NCBI RefSeq assembly: GCF_006345805.1
Contig: NC_043001.1
Span: 50,530,001 to 50,594,000 of the forward strand
From: Octopus sinensis
Lineage: Eukaryota
Length of the DNA stretch: 64,000 nt
Direction of reading: 5' to 3'
Position numbers and translations under genes: made by a program
The notes under the pieces: model-generated
Database searches by the model: none
What the model was told of the DNA's origin: nothing
What the model saw: the letters and a program-made list of their open reading frames with translations, nothing else
Shown here: piece after piece, positions 52,346 to 64,000 of the stretch
Position numbering within the stretch: the first letter of the stretch is position 1
How the letters are laid out: each line of letters begins with the position of its first letter

Positions 52346-53459
52346 TTTATTTGTTTTTTTGTTTTTTTACGTTAACTGGTCTCAAACTGCATATTTCATC
52401 GACTCTGAAAGGATGAAAGGCAAAGTCAACCTCGGTGAGATTTGAATTCAGAGCGTAAAGACAGACAAAATGCTGCAAACCATTTTGTTCGGCATGGTAA
52501 CGATTCTGTCAGCTCATCACCTTTTTTCGTTGCAAATATAATAATAAAACTAAAATATAACGATAAAAAGAAGAAAACTGAACGAATTACAATTTTTTTT
52601 ACAGCGGGACTCATTAATACAAGGGAGATAAGGCGGTGAGCTGGCAGAATCATTACTGCACGGGACAAAATACTTAGCAGCATTTCTTCCAGCTTTACAT
52701 TCTGAGTTCAAATTCCACTGAGGTCGACTTTGCTTTTCATCCTTTTCTGGTCGATAAAATAAGTACCAGTTGAGTACAAGAGTCAATATAATCCACTAAT
52801 TTCCTATCCACAAAATTTCAGGCCTATAGTAGAAAAAATTTATACAAGGGAGATAACTCTTGAATCAAGAGTTACTTACCTTGCATTAATGACGATACTA
52901 ATGGGGTAAAAAGAGCAAATTCTAAGCGATTGCTCGAGCTGTTGAAATAGCAACCAAATCTCTCAAGCTACACCTTACCATCTTAATATTAAAACTAAAT
53001 TAATTTCCCTCTATATGAAATAATCATTGACATACATAAAGAAAAGATGGTGGCAGTTGGTATGATCATAGATTTATTAATCAGTACTGACCTGGTGGTT
53101 TTAAACAAAGTGGAGCTTCTACCTGGTAACTCAGACTGCTAAAGATGGCTGTCAAATCTCCCTTGGAGAAACGAGGACAAAAACCGATGCATGTAACGGT
53201 AAACACACCCCACCATCAAAAAAGACTAATTGGATAACATAGCACTGGCTAAAGAAGCTAATAAGATGGGTCATCAGAACATCAGAGATGGAACACTTTA
53301 CAACATATCTTCACAAGTGTACCCCCTTCCTGATGAGGGCACATTTGTTAAGATATGTCCGTCTTTGACGATGAGACTGCATTGAGCATAGCTAACCTGA
53401 ATCAGAAGCCATAAAATAAAGTACCAGTCGATGTAATAGATTAAACCGTCCCTCTAAAA

Positions 53460-53634
53460 CAGTGTTCCACAACCGGTATGCCGTGGTACAAAGGTGTGTC
53501 ACGAGACAATGCTAGGTGTGCCGTAAAGTAACCGGAATATAATTTTTTCCCTATACTGTTAGTTATATTTTTACTTCAGGTATGCCGTTGAATTTTGAAA
53601 AGAATATAAGTGCAAAAAAGGTTGCGGAGCACTG
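53460..53634. mobile_element. hAT-type MITE
   Basis: TIRs CAGTGTTCCACAACC / GGTTGCGGAGCACTG with an exact 8-bp TSD, CTCTAAAA. Confidence 0.85.
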
Positions 53635-54254
53635 CTCTAAAATTACTAACTTCGAGCCAAAACAATTAAGGACGATGGATTAGCCGAATTATTAATGTCG
53701 GAGAAAATGCCTTGAGTTCAAATCCTGCCGAGATCAACCTTGCTTTTCAACTTTCCGAGGTCGATAAAATAAAGCATTAGTTCAAGTACTGGGTCGATGG
53801 TATCGTCTCACTGTCCCTGCAAAATTGTTGGCCTTGTACCTAAAACCGAAACAATTATGTCTCTGAATTTTCTGGGTTCACATTACATCTACAAAACTAA
53901 AAAGAAACAGAATTTCGAACTGAAGTACGAAATACGCAGTTTATTTTAGTGGAAAGTGGGTGGTTATTGTCGATTAAATTGACAGCGGCTGTATAAATAA
54001 ATATTAGTCATCGCCGTGAAGACGATTCTTGGTTTTTGGTGCATATATCTGAGGAACTAATTATGAAACCAAAACAATCTGTGAAAGTATAAAAACAGAC
54101 TTGGATATTCCGAGCAAACATAACTACTTACAAACCAAGCCTCGTCATCTTTGGCTCTCACTTAATTTTGTACCACGAGAGTGGTCATATTAATTCACAG
54201 TCAACCGTCTTGTTTTGTCGGTGTCATATGTGTGTATGTGTGTGCGTGTACACA

Positions 54255-54285
<31 letters not shown>

Positions 54286-54569
54286 GCGCGCATATATTTT
54301 ACTTTCATTTGCTTGTCATTTGACTGTAGCCATGCTGGGCACCTCTTTGAATTTTGATTTTAGTCAAATGAATCGACGCCAGAACATTTTTTTAAAGTCT
54401 GGTACACATTTCATTTACCTCTTTTCCCGAAGTATTAAATTATGGGACATAAACAAACCAAGAGCGGTTGTCAAGCGGATGGGATGGGCAAGAAGCACAG
54501 ACACAAACACACAAACATACATATTCATACGTATATATATATATGTATCATCATCATCATCATCATCGT

Positions 54570-54960
54570 TTAGCTTGCTAACCAACCACATGGTTCCAGG
54601 TTCAGTCCCACTGCGTGGCATCTTGGGCAAGTGTCTTCTGCTATAGCCCCGGGCTGACCAATGCCTTGTGAGTGGATTTGGTAGACGGAAACTGAAAGAA
54701 GCCTGTCGTATATATGTATATATATATGTATGTATGTGTGTGTATATGTTTGTGTGTCTGTGTTTGTCCCCCTAGCATTGCTTGACAACCGATGCTGGTG
54801 TGTTTACGCCCCCGTCACTTAGCGGTTCGGCAAAAGAGACCGATAGAACAAGTACTGGGCTTCCAAAGAATAAGTCCCAGGGTCGATTTGCTCGACTAAA
54901 GGCGGTGCTCCAGCATGGCCGCAGTCAAATGACTGAAACAAGTAAAAAGAGTAAAAAGAT
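54570..54960 (+). mobile_element. SINE family A copy (slightly 5'-truncated)
   Basis: B-box, body and complete tail. Further partial copies at ~117-237, 1267-1488, 10180-10378, 26800-27180, 29572-29725, 36645-37508, 54296-54530 and 59187-59482. Confidence 0.85.
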
Positions 54961-55021
54961 ATATATATATATAGATATATGTATGTATGTATCAAAAGAA
55001 AAACAGGACGCAAAGGATTCT

Positions 55022-55108
55022 GTGGTACATATGTTTCGGGCTTTATTGAACAACTTATATCAATGCATAATTGATATAACAGGTAGGTCAAAAGCCTTCT
55101 TCAGCCGC
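55022..55108 (-). ncRNA. Inverted copy of the long-stem-II hammerhead
   Basis: Reverse complement of 55515-55601 with a few substitutions (stem I 3' strand is CCAC instead of CCGC). Confidence 0.65.
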
Positions 55109-55514
55109 GTACAATTACCACACCAAAGACATGTATCGCATTATAGCAGGTTTGAGAAAAATTTGGGAAAAAACCGAGTTTCATTGGGAAAGTAACTCCT
55201 CATAGGCGTATATGGCATTGCGAGACACCAAAACAAAACGTCCATATCGTTTAAATTTATACATATATCCTTTCCTCTTTGTGATCCCAACTTCATTAAA
55301 GATTCACCCCATTTGACTCCTTTCCTCTTTCTCTCAACATCCAATCCCTTCATTCTTTATCGAGTGAGTAAACGATATAGACGTTTTGTTTTGGTGTCTC
55401 GCAATGCCATATACGCCTATGAGGAGTTACTCTCCCAATGAAACTCGGTTTTTTCCCAAACTTTTTCTCAAACCTGCTATAATGCGATACATGCCCTTAG
55501 TGTGGTAATTGTAC

Positions 55515-55601
55515 GCGGCTGAAGAAGGCTTTTGACCAACCTGTTATATCAATTATACATTGATATAAGTTGTTCAAAAAAGCCCGAAACATATGTACCG
55601 C
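55515..55601 (+). ncRNA. Type I hammerhead with a long stem II
   Basis: GCGG-CTGAAGA-[AGGCTTTT...TTATATCAAT(TATAC)ATTGATATAA...AAAAGCCC]-GAA-ACATATGT-A-CCGC. Canonical core, palindromic stem III, GUA triplet, and an A.C mismatch at the base of stem II. Confidence 0.75.
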
Positions 55602-55714
55602 AGAATCCTTTGCGTCCTGTTTTTCTTTTGATACATATATCCTATCACCTATACCATTAGCTGGCATATACAGGTGCTTACAGTTATCAAGTATTCACCT
55701 TGAATTTTTTGTAC

Positions 55715-55795
<81 letters not shown>

Positions 55796-56024
55796 TATAA
55801 TTCCAGGTGAGAATGCGATCGATAAAGTGAATAAAATCGTTTTTCTTTGGAATAGAAAAAAAGTCTATCTTTATTTCTTCTTTTGCTGGAGTCTCAAATT
55901 TAGGTTAATCAGTGTTTCTCAAAGGGGAGGCCTATGGGACGGTCGGACAAGCTGTTTTGATAAAATTTGGTTTAAATGTTTGACAACTCAGCACCATCCA
56001 TTGGACGGGGGGGCGTTTTGCTCG

Positions 56025-56057
<33 letters not shown>

Positions 56058-56090
56058 TATATATATAATATATATATATATTTATATATA

Positions 56091-57185
56091 AAGTCAAAGA
56101 AACAGCATCAGTACGCTGCAAGATAGGACCCCTCTTCCAAAAGGATGGTTCCCTCACAGATAGTCCACTAGGATCAGTGAGGTACTGAATGACCAGTTTA
56201 AAAGTGTCCTTACCATCCTGTTGGAACACAGACAAGTGAACGAACCAGTGGATTTCTTTGTCGCCTCACCTATAACCAGCGAGGCAGTAACAATAGAATA
56301 CATTGACATTAGCGAAGAAGATGTACTACTAGCCGTAAATGAGGTGGACGCAAACACAACTGCTGGTCCTGATGGTTTCCCAGCAATCCTCCTCAAATCG
56401 CGTAAGCATGTCCTGGCAAAACCCCTCCAGATTCTCTTCCAGAGCTTTGTTGCAAATGGCAGACTGCCAAGCAAGCTGAAGGAGGGAATAATAAGCCCAA
56501 TCCATAAAGGGGGAAGCAGAGCAGATACCAAAAACTATAGGCCTATCACTCTGACTTCACACATCAGCAAAGTCATGGAACGGTTAGTTAGAGGGAAACT
56601 AATCGCATTCCTTGAAGAAAATAATTTGCTGAGTGATACCTAGCATGGCTTTCGACCAGGTAGGATCTGCTTGATCCAGCTCTTACAACATTATGACTGG
56701 GTGTTGAAGCAGTTACTTAACAACTCAAACGTGGATTTAATATACCTTGATTTTGCAAAAGCATTTGACAAAGTGGATCATGGTATGATATGCCACAAAC
56801 TGTGTGATCCCAGCATAGCCAGAAAACTTGGAGAGTGGTTACATGACTTTCTGAAATATAGAAGTCAGGCAGTAGTGGCCAATGGCGCCATCTCAATGAA
56901 AACACAAATAGTGAGCGGTGCTCCACAGGGCACTGTATTGGGACCACTGCTTTTCAAAGTGGTCCTCTAGATACGCCCTCAATTGCCCGAATAGCCACCC
57001 TTGCTAGCTACGCAGATGATACGAAAGTCTCGCAGAAAATACAGAACCCCGGCGATGTTGCACATTAGCAGCAGCAGTTGGATTCAATTTACAGATAAGC
57101 TGAGGATAATAATATGCAGTTTAAGGCTGAAAAATTCCAAGCCCTGCGCTACCAGCATCCAAAACTAAATATGAAACTTACAATA
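56091..57185 (+). mobile_element. CR1-group LINE RT fragment (same family as 40545-41852)
   Basis: GPDGFP, NYRPITLTS, HGFR, YLDFAKAFDKVDH, PQGTVLGPLLF and YADD; in-frame stops. Confidence 0.9.
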
Positions 57186-58295
57186 ATGCTAACATTATTG
57201 AAACTCTAACCTTGTGATTTGCTTTTAGTCATTGCAAAAACTGGAATAACAGGAAACTGTTTACTCATACTAAAGGGAAGGGTTGTCTCACTGGGACGGA
57301 GGTTGATGCGCAGGATAAAGACCTCCTCTCTTTTCTTACTTCCACTAAGTATTTTTCCATGAATAAAAAAAATCCTTGATAGACAGCACTAAGATCAGGA
57401 TCGCATTGGGTTCAACTAAAATTATCAGTGAACTTGATAACGAACACTATATATTGTAAATACGCACAGACATACATTGGAACTGAAATATTAGAGCAAC
57501 TGATCCCGTAAAATGTAAACAAAACATTTCACCGGTGTAATGATTCTTCTGAATTCCTCTAACCCTATTTTATAGAGAAGTCTCTGCGGGTATATATAAT
57601 GTAGTAGGATATCCCGGATATGATAGTATCAACAGTTTCTAACTTTTCTTTTCGAAGATAATTCTGTTGATATTTATTTCAAGAACCTTTGCCATGGTCT
57701 TATGTTGGAATAAAGAATACATATTTGATAGCTAGCTTTGTTATATTTCTTGCATTTTTATATGTATGTATATATGTGTGTGTGTGTAAATACATGATAA
57801 CAAAAATATAAACACGTTCCCAAACTGCGTTTGTATCACAGCTATTACTCTCACTTCTCCTCCTTAATGAGGTGTGGTGAACACGATGCTCTCTTTACCA
57901 CTGCCTCTCTCTCATTGTTATTACTTTCTCTCACTCCCTCTCAGTCATCGCTATTACTCCCACTACTTCTCCTTCACTGAATTACTTTTTTCTCTTCTCT
58001 CCCTTCACTTATACTACGTTTTCTCTCACACTCTCCTATTGCACGATTTCGACAAATATGTAGACAAATATATATAAACACTACGCTCATTATTATATTA
58101 GAAGATATGCATATAACTATACTAAGGGCACTAATGCGTAGCGTCACGTGCTAGAAATAGACGCCAATGGCTCTAAGAACAACATTACTTACCCCGTTAC
58201 AAACTAGAAATCGATCTGTTGTTTAACCCTTTCTTTAAAAACATCCTTGTTCACTTCCCTCGCTTTCAATCCGTGCTAATGGAGTAAATAATGTC

Positions 58296-59120
58296 GGATC
58301 TTTTCCTTTTGAACGGCAATTTGTAACATAATTTCTAGGTAACTAAAAAGTTTTAAACTTCGTATACTGTTAGAGTGTGTTTATAAAACATCATTTTCTC
58401 TTGGCTTTATTGAGAAAATTCTATAGTTTGTAAGATATTTCGTCTGAAATTACTTGCATTTCGGCAATTTTAACTAATCGCTGACGTCCATTTAGGTAAA
58501 TAACATTCTGTGCATAATGAATATGTCCCTCTTTTAAGAAACAGATTGGGTTTATTTACATTTGTGAAGAAAACAGATACCCTTCCCCCACCCCTACCCC
58601 TAACCCTAACTAATCCTAACTCTAACCCTAAATCTAAAATAGATTAAAATTCAATAGATCGATACTAGGGTTATAATTATGGGTGACAATTTCATACGAC
58701 AACGCTACGGAAAATGGGATTTTTTTCTAACGGTGTCAAATGAAAATGCCACTCATAATTATGGCCCCAGTATCGATCTATTGCATTTCAAACTATTTTA
58801 GATTTAGGGTTAGAGTTAGGGGTTTGGGGAAGGGTATCTTTTTTTTCTTCACAAATGTAAATAAACCCAATCTGTTTCTTAAAGGAGGGACATATTCATT
58901 ATGCACAGAATGTTATTTACTTAAATGGACGTCAGCGATTGGTTAAAATTGCCGAAATGCTCGAAATTAAAGACGAAATAACTTACAAACTATAGAATTT
59001 TCTCAATAAAGCCAAGAGAAAGAGATGTTTTATAACCACATTCTACCAGTATACGAAGTTTAAAACTTTTTAGTTACCTAGAAATTATGTTATAAAGTGC
59101 CGTTCAAAAGGAAAAGATCC
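58296..59120. mobile_element. GGATC-ended fold-back MITE (MULE-like) with ~390-bp arms
   Basis: GGATCTTTTCCTTTTGAACGGCA...TGCCGTTCAAAAGGAAAAGATCC with a 9-bp TSD, AATAATGTC/AATAAGGTC. Confidence 0.8.
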
Positions 59121-59562
59121 AATAAGGTCTATTTCTAGCATGTGGGGCTACTCATTAGTGTCCTTATAGTTATATTTATATAATTCTTTTATTTGTTTCA
59201 GTCATTTGACTGTGGCCATGCTGAAGCGCCGCCTTTAGTCGAACAAATCGACCCCAGGACTTATTCTTTGTAAGCCTAGAACTTATTCCATCGGTCACTT
59301 TTGCCAAACGTTACGGGGACGTAACATCGGTTGTTACGCAACAGAGGGGGAGGGAAAAAAACACACACACGCACATATACGACAGGCTTCTCTCAGTTTC
59401 CGCCAACCAAATCCACTCATAAGAACTGAACTCGGAACCATGTGGTTGGTAAGCAAGCTACTTACCACACGGCCACTCCTGCTCTGCATTAATTGCTACC
59501 TATATAGTTTTGTTACATGCTGGCTACTTGAGAAACTCTTTATAAGATTTTATCTTTGATTA

Positions 59563-60267
59563 TGTATTTCGGGACGGTCATTTCCCCCCCCCCCCCAAAT
59601 AAACACATACGCTATATATTTGCACTTCACTCGTTTATTACTGTTCTTGCTTTTTTTAAAAATTATTTTAACTCACGTTCATTGTCCGGAAATCTTCATC
59701 ACACATCTGTGACCTCTTCAGTGACACTTTTCGTTTTCGTGTGTGCCCTTGCTCCAGTTACTCCATTCTATTCTTCTAAGATGTGTATCCTTATGTGTGC
59801 ATGCGTTTACGTCCATGTTTGTGTGTGCATGTTTAAGTATGGGTGTGTATGCTTATGTGTATGTCACTGTTCTTAGGAACTATATCAAATTTTCGGGTTT
59901 TAGGAAAACAGCAGCACAATGGGGTGAGAGGATGGGGTTGAGGGGTAGACCATACTGTTGCTAAGAACAGTGACATACACATAAGCATACACACACGCAC
60001 GCGCGCGCACATACACACGGACGCAAACGAATGCACACATAAGGATACACATCTTAGAAGAACAGACTGGAGTAATTGGAACTAGAGTACATACGAAAAC
60101 GAAAAATGTTGCTGAAGAGGTCACAGATGTGTGAAGAACGATTTCTGGACACTGGACATGAATTGAAATAAAATAAAAAATGACTAAGAACAGTAATAAA
60201 CGAGTGAAGAACAAATATATAGTGCGTGAGTTTATTTGGCAAAAAAAAATGACCGTCCCGAAATACA
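59563..60267. mobile_element. Fold-back MITE with ~330-bp arms
   Basis: TGTATTTCGGGACGGTCATTT...AAATGACCGTCCCGAAATACA; TSD not resolved. Confidence 0.7.
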
Positions 60268-62269
60268 ACAATATCTGTTTCAACACACGATTTCACATCA
60301 GGAATCTTGCAACACGTCACCAACAATAAATAACATGAAATACGAAAACAAATGAGTTCAATACGTAAACAACGAGAGAAACAAATGGATAACAGGGCAA
60401 GTAACACAAAGAATGACCTTTCATCAGTTGTCGGCTGTCTATCTACCCCTTATTTCGGACATTGAACAATATGAGTCTCCTATAAGTACCAAAATAAAAT
60501 TTTGGATTTATGGAGAGTCTTCCCCTTCACTGTTCTCTATCTGTCTGTCTCTCTGTCTCTCTCCTCTTTCTTTTCTCTCTCTCTCGTTTCTCACACGTGA
60601 CCATTGTCCATCTTTCTTTTCCTCCTCAGGACTGGACGTATTCTATCTCACACTTCTATCTTTTCTCTTTTCAAAGAAAATATTTCTTCAGTGTTCGTTA
60701 TTTTACCCTCGTTCTGGTCTAACGACCCTCCATGTTTGTTTTCGTTCGGTTTCCTTGTATGTCTCCACTGTCCTGCTTTTGTTCCCTACTATGACCCTCC
60801 ACAAATCCAAAATTTTATGTTGGTACTTATGGGAGCAACTGTTTTCGAAGACTCATATTGTCGTTCAATGCTCGAAATGAAGAGTAGATAGAAAGCTGAC
60901 AACTGATGAAGGGTCCTTCTTTATGTTACTTGTCCTGTTTTCCGTTTCTTTCTCTCATTGTTTGCGTATTGAACTCATTTGTTTTCGTATTTCATGTTCT
61001 TTACTGTTGCTGGCATCCTGCACCCATACATGCGTGTGTGTGTGTGCATATATGTGTGTGTGTGTGTATTATCATTTTGATTGAACGCCACACACCCATT
61101 TCCATATATATTATATAGATATGTATACGTACATATATGTATGTATATATGCATATGTTTTATTTATTAATTTGTTATTACACGACAGAACGCACGCATC
61201 CATTTCTAAGTAAGTTTGTTCTTAATATTAATACTGATGCGCACTCTTAACCTTTCTGTCCCCCTCCCTTTCTTAGCCTTCCTTCTTTCTGGTTCCCTTT
61301 CTTCTACCTTACTGTCTCTCCCTCCCTCTCTCTCATTCTTCATTCTTTCTGGTTTTCTCTACAACCATTCCTCTTTTTTCTCTCCCCTTCCCTTTCTCTT
61401 ACTTCTCCTCCCCTGTCCCGTCGCTGGTCAGCGATGAGGAAACTACTGTCTTTTCTGACCTTGCTTCACCCGAGTGTAGACGGCATTTTCTGTGGCTCCT
61501 TCGCCGTTCTCAAAAATAGCGTTCGTAATATTTTATCTCGTTCGGCTTAACAGCCCTTCTTGTCTGTGTTATTGTTATTCTCCTTGTCCTGTCCTTTACT
61601 GTTTATGTTTTGTACTGTCGTTACTGTCCTGTTTTTGTTTGCCATTTTTACCCCTCCGCGAAAAAATCTCAAATTTTATTTAATTTGCTTTTCGCGGGAA
61701 GGAAAGTTTCAGTCAAAGTTGCGTCTCGCCTTCACCTTCGAAACGCAGAGTAGATGAAACCATGGCGACTGAAGAAGGGAATTTTCCTTATGTTATTTGT
61801 CCTGTACTCTATTTTTTCGTTGTTCTCATTATATTCGACGTTTTTTTGGTGTCCTGTACCCATATATGCATGTATATATACATGTAGATGTAGGTACGTA
61901 CATATATGTATGTATATATGCATGTGTTTTATTTATTAATTTGTTATGTATATATATATATATATATATATATAAAGAGATAGAGAAAGAGAGGGAGAGA
62001 GAGAGAGAGAGCATGACATGCACGCGCGTTATTTATGCTGAGTGACCTCTCTTGCAGTGCACAGTTAAAATTGTAGAAAGCTAGGCTGATAATTAGAGTA
62101 ACAGTAGAACATGTCTGGAGACGTCTCCCGTCTTTTGTTAGATAGATTAAAACAACAGCAGTCACTGGCTACATTAACCTTTTTTTTTTAATGCTCCGTA
62201 TCTGAAATATGTTAACATTAACTTAAAAGTATGTCAATTTCTTTATTCACCATATAAGGTTAAGATAAA

Positions 62270-62880
62270 GAGTATTTCGTCTGCCGTTACGTTCTGAGTT
62301 CAAATTCCGCCGAGGTCGACTTTGTCTTTCGGGGTCGATAAATTAAGTACCAGTTACGCACTGGGGTCGATGTAATCGACTTAATCCGTTTGTCTGTCCT
62401 TGTTTGAGATCTTTTCGGTTTGAACGGCAGTTTTTAAAAATAATTTCCACGTAACTAAACACTTTTAAACTTCGTATACTGGTAGAATGTGTTTATAAAA
62501 CATCTTTTTCTCTTGGCTTTATTGAGAAAATTCTATAGTTTGTAAGATATTTGTTGTTGTTTTTTCTTCAATTTCTGCAATTTCAACCAGTCAATGACGT
62601 CTATTGAGGTGAAAACATTCTGTGCCGTATGAATATGTCCCTCGTTTAAGAAACAGATTGGGTTTATTTACATTTCTGAAGAAAAAAAGATACCCTTCCC
62701 CCCACCTCTAACTCTAACTAACCCTAACCCTAAAACAGATTGAAATGCAATAGATCGATACTAGGGTCATAATTATGGGAGACAATTTCATATGAAACCG
62801 CTAAAAAAACTGCCGTTCAAACCAAAAAGATCCTTTGTTTGTCCCCTCTGTGTTTAGCCCCTTGTGGGTAGTAAAGAAAT
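62270..62880 (+). mobile_element. SINE family B copy interrupted by a GGATC-type MITE (~62406-62833)
   Basis: The SINE resumes after the insertion with an ~8-bp duplication (CTTGTTTG/TTTGTTTG). MITE ends are GATCTTTTCGGTTTGAACGGCAG and CTGCCGTTCAAACCAAAAAGATC. Confidence 0.75.
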
Positions 62881-63625
62881 ACATATAAGGTTAAGAAAAA
62901 GAGAGGATGATACGAGGACAGACAAAACAAATATTGGGGTCAAGGAGATCGAATGGGACGAACGTATGAATAAACAATTTTTAATATATACAATAAAATG
63001 CGAATGAATGATTAACAAAAGATGAAGCAGAGGACACGGTCGACCCCACAAACAACATTCTCACACTGAAGACCTTGTTTTTTTTCATTTTTTTTTTGTT
63101 CTTGCTTAAACAGGTTCTTTCACTCGCAACATACTTGTTACGGACTTCCATCTTTCATGAAACACCCTTTGCGATAGGCATTTCTTCTCCAACTTTATTT
63201 TTCGTTTCATGCGGAAAACGAAAAAGTCAATTAACCCGAGGCTGGAGCAGAAAATGCCTGTTGCAATTCCTTTCACTCTCGTCTTCCATACTACCTCCTT
63301 TGCAACAGCAACTACTGAGAAAAAACAAATCCCGCTCCTCCCTATTCAGGGAGGGCGACGGAACGATTTTAATTACAGATTCGCTCGACAGTTGTACTCT
63401 TCTCGAATGCGACAGCAGGTATTCGACATAAGCCCAGAGTTCAATGGGCTTAGCGAGCAGTCTTGAACTACCAGTTCACTATCTCAAGTTCGAAGCTTTG
63501 GGATGAATTACACTGTGTTTTATGATATTTTTAATACGATACATGTTGTTGGGAATAATATACTAGTTGTGTATGTAGCGGGAGAAGGTAAAGGGGAAAC
63601 CACTCCAACATTTCCTTTCTTAGAA

Positions 63626-63657
<32 letters not shown>

Positions 63658-63896
63658 TGAGAGTGACATGTGACTAAGTTGTTAGGGTTTTGTACTCATG
63701 ACCGTAGAATTATAATTTCGATTTATAGACTGGGCGGTGCGTTCTGTTCCTGAGTAAAACGCTTCATTTCACGTTCCTCCACTCGACTCAGCTGACACAA
63801 ATGAAAAAATCCTGCGACGGACCTGTGTCTGGTTAAGTGAAGGAATACATAAACCACAAAATCCGGGAAACCGACCTTATGATCCAATGATCCGGG

Positions 63897-63938
<42 letters not shown>

Positions 63939-64000
63939 TATCTTTTACTTGTTTCAGTCACATGAGGAAATCTAGTCGAATGAATCAATCACAATACTTT

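Larger units (their letters stand above)
54986..55637. mobile_element. Inverted pair of Penelope-like terminal repeats
   Basis: Arms at 54986-55253 and 55369-55637 (~268 bp, highly similar) with a 115-bp spacer; each arm carries a hammerhead. Confidence 0.65.

Noticed and set aside
53330-53365. CTGATGA-GGGCA...TGTCC
   Set aside because: Followed by GTCT rather than GAAA; no type II arrangement could be folded either.
57790-58105. Minus-strand Helitron-like 5' end (A|TCTTCTAATATAATAA)
   Set aside because: No convincing hairpin-plus-CTAG 3' end was found.
60860-61830. Two related segments with CTGATGA/CTGAAGA plus a short stem (60903, 61769)
   Set aside because: Both lack GAAA after the stem. 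They are probably diverged copies of one repeat, but not supportable as ribozymes.

Overview
AT-rich, repeat-dense eukaryotic DNA. The (TA)n/(CAT)n/(TAA)n load and the SINE/LINE families look like a coleoid cephalopod (Octopus-type) genome; this is inference from pattern recognition. The only host gene I can support is the 5' end of a sphingosine-1-phosphate lyase (SGPL1-like) gene on the minus strand. It has a probable 30-nt first coding exon at 39542-39513, a well-supported 145-nt exon at 8154-8010 and a ~31 kb intron between them. The rest is transposon debris: tRNA-derived SINEs, RTE, CR1-group, R4/Dong and probable Tx1 LINE fragments, Tc1/mariner remnants, hAT, MULE and piggyBac-type MITEs, a small Helitron, and satellites. 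The main discovery is a set of hammerhead ribozymes (HHRs) read directly from the sequence. At 35142-36284 a non-coding ~352-nt unit is repeated in tandem with an inverted 5' copy. It carries three canonical type I HHRs with a palindromic stem III, the architecture of a non-LTR retrozyme or Penelope-like pLTR array predicted to yield ~352-nt monomer/circular RNAs. Four further, sequence-unrelated HHR or HHR-variant families occur at 37.8 kb, 42.4/43.3 kb, 55.0/55.5 kb and dispersed (0.35, 34.8, 35.0, 45.55 kb). They are mostly in inverted pairs and mostly inserted in (TA)n tracts. No activity or database search was run; all folding was done by eye.
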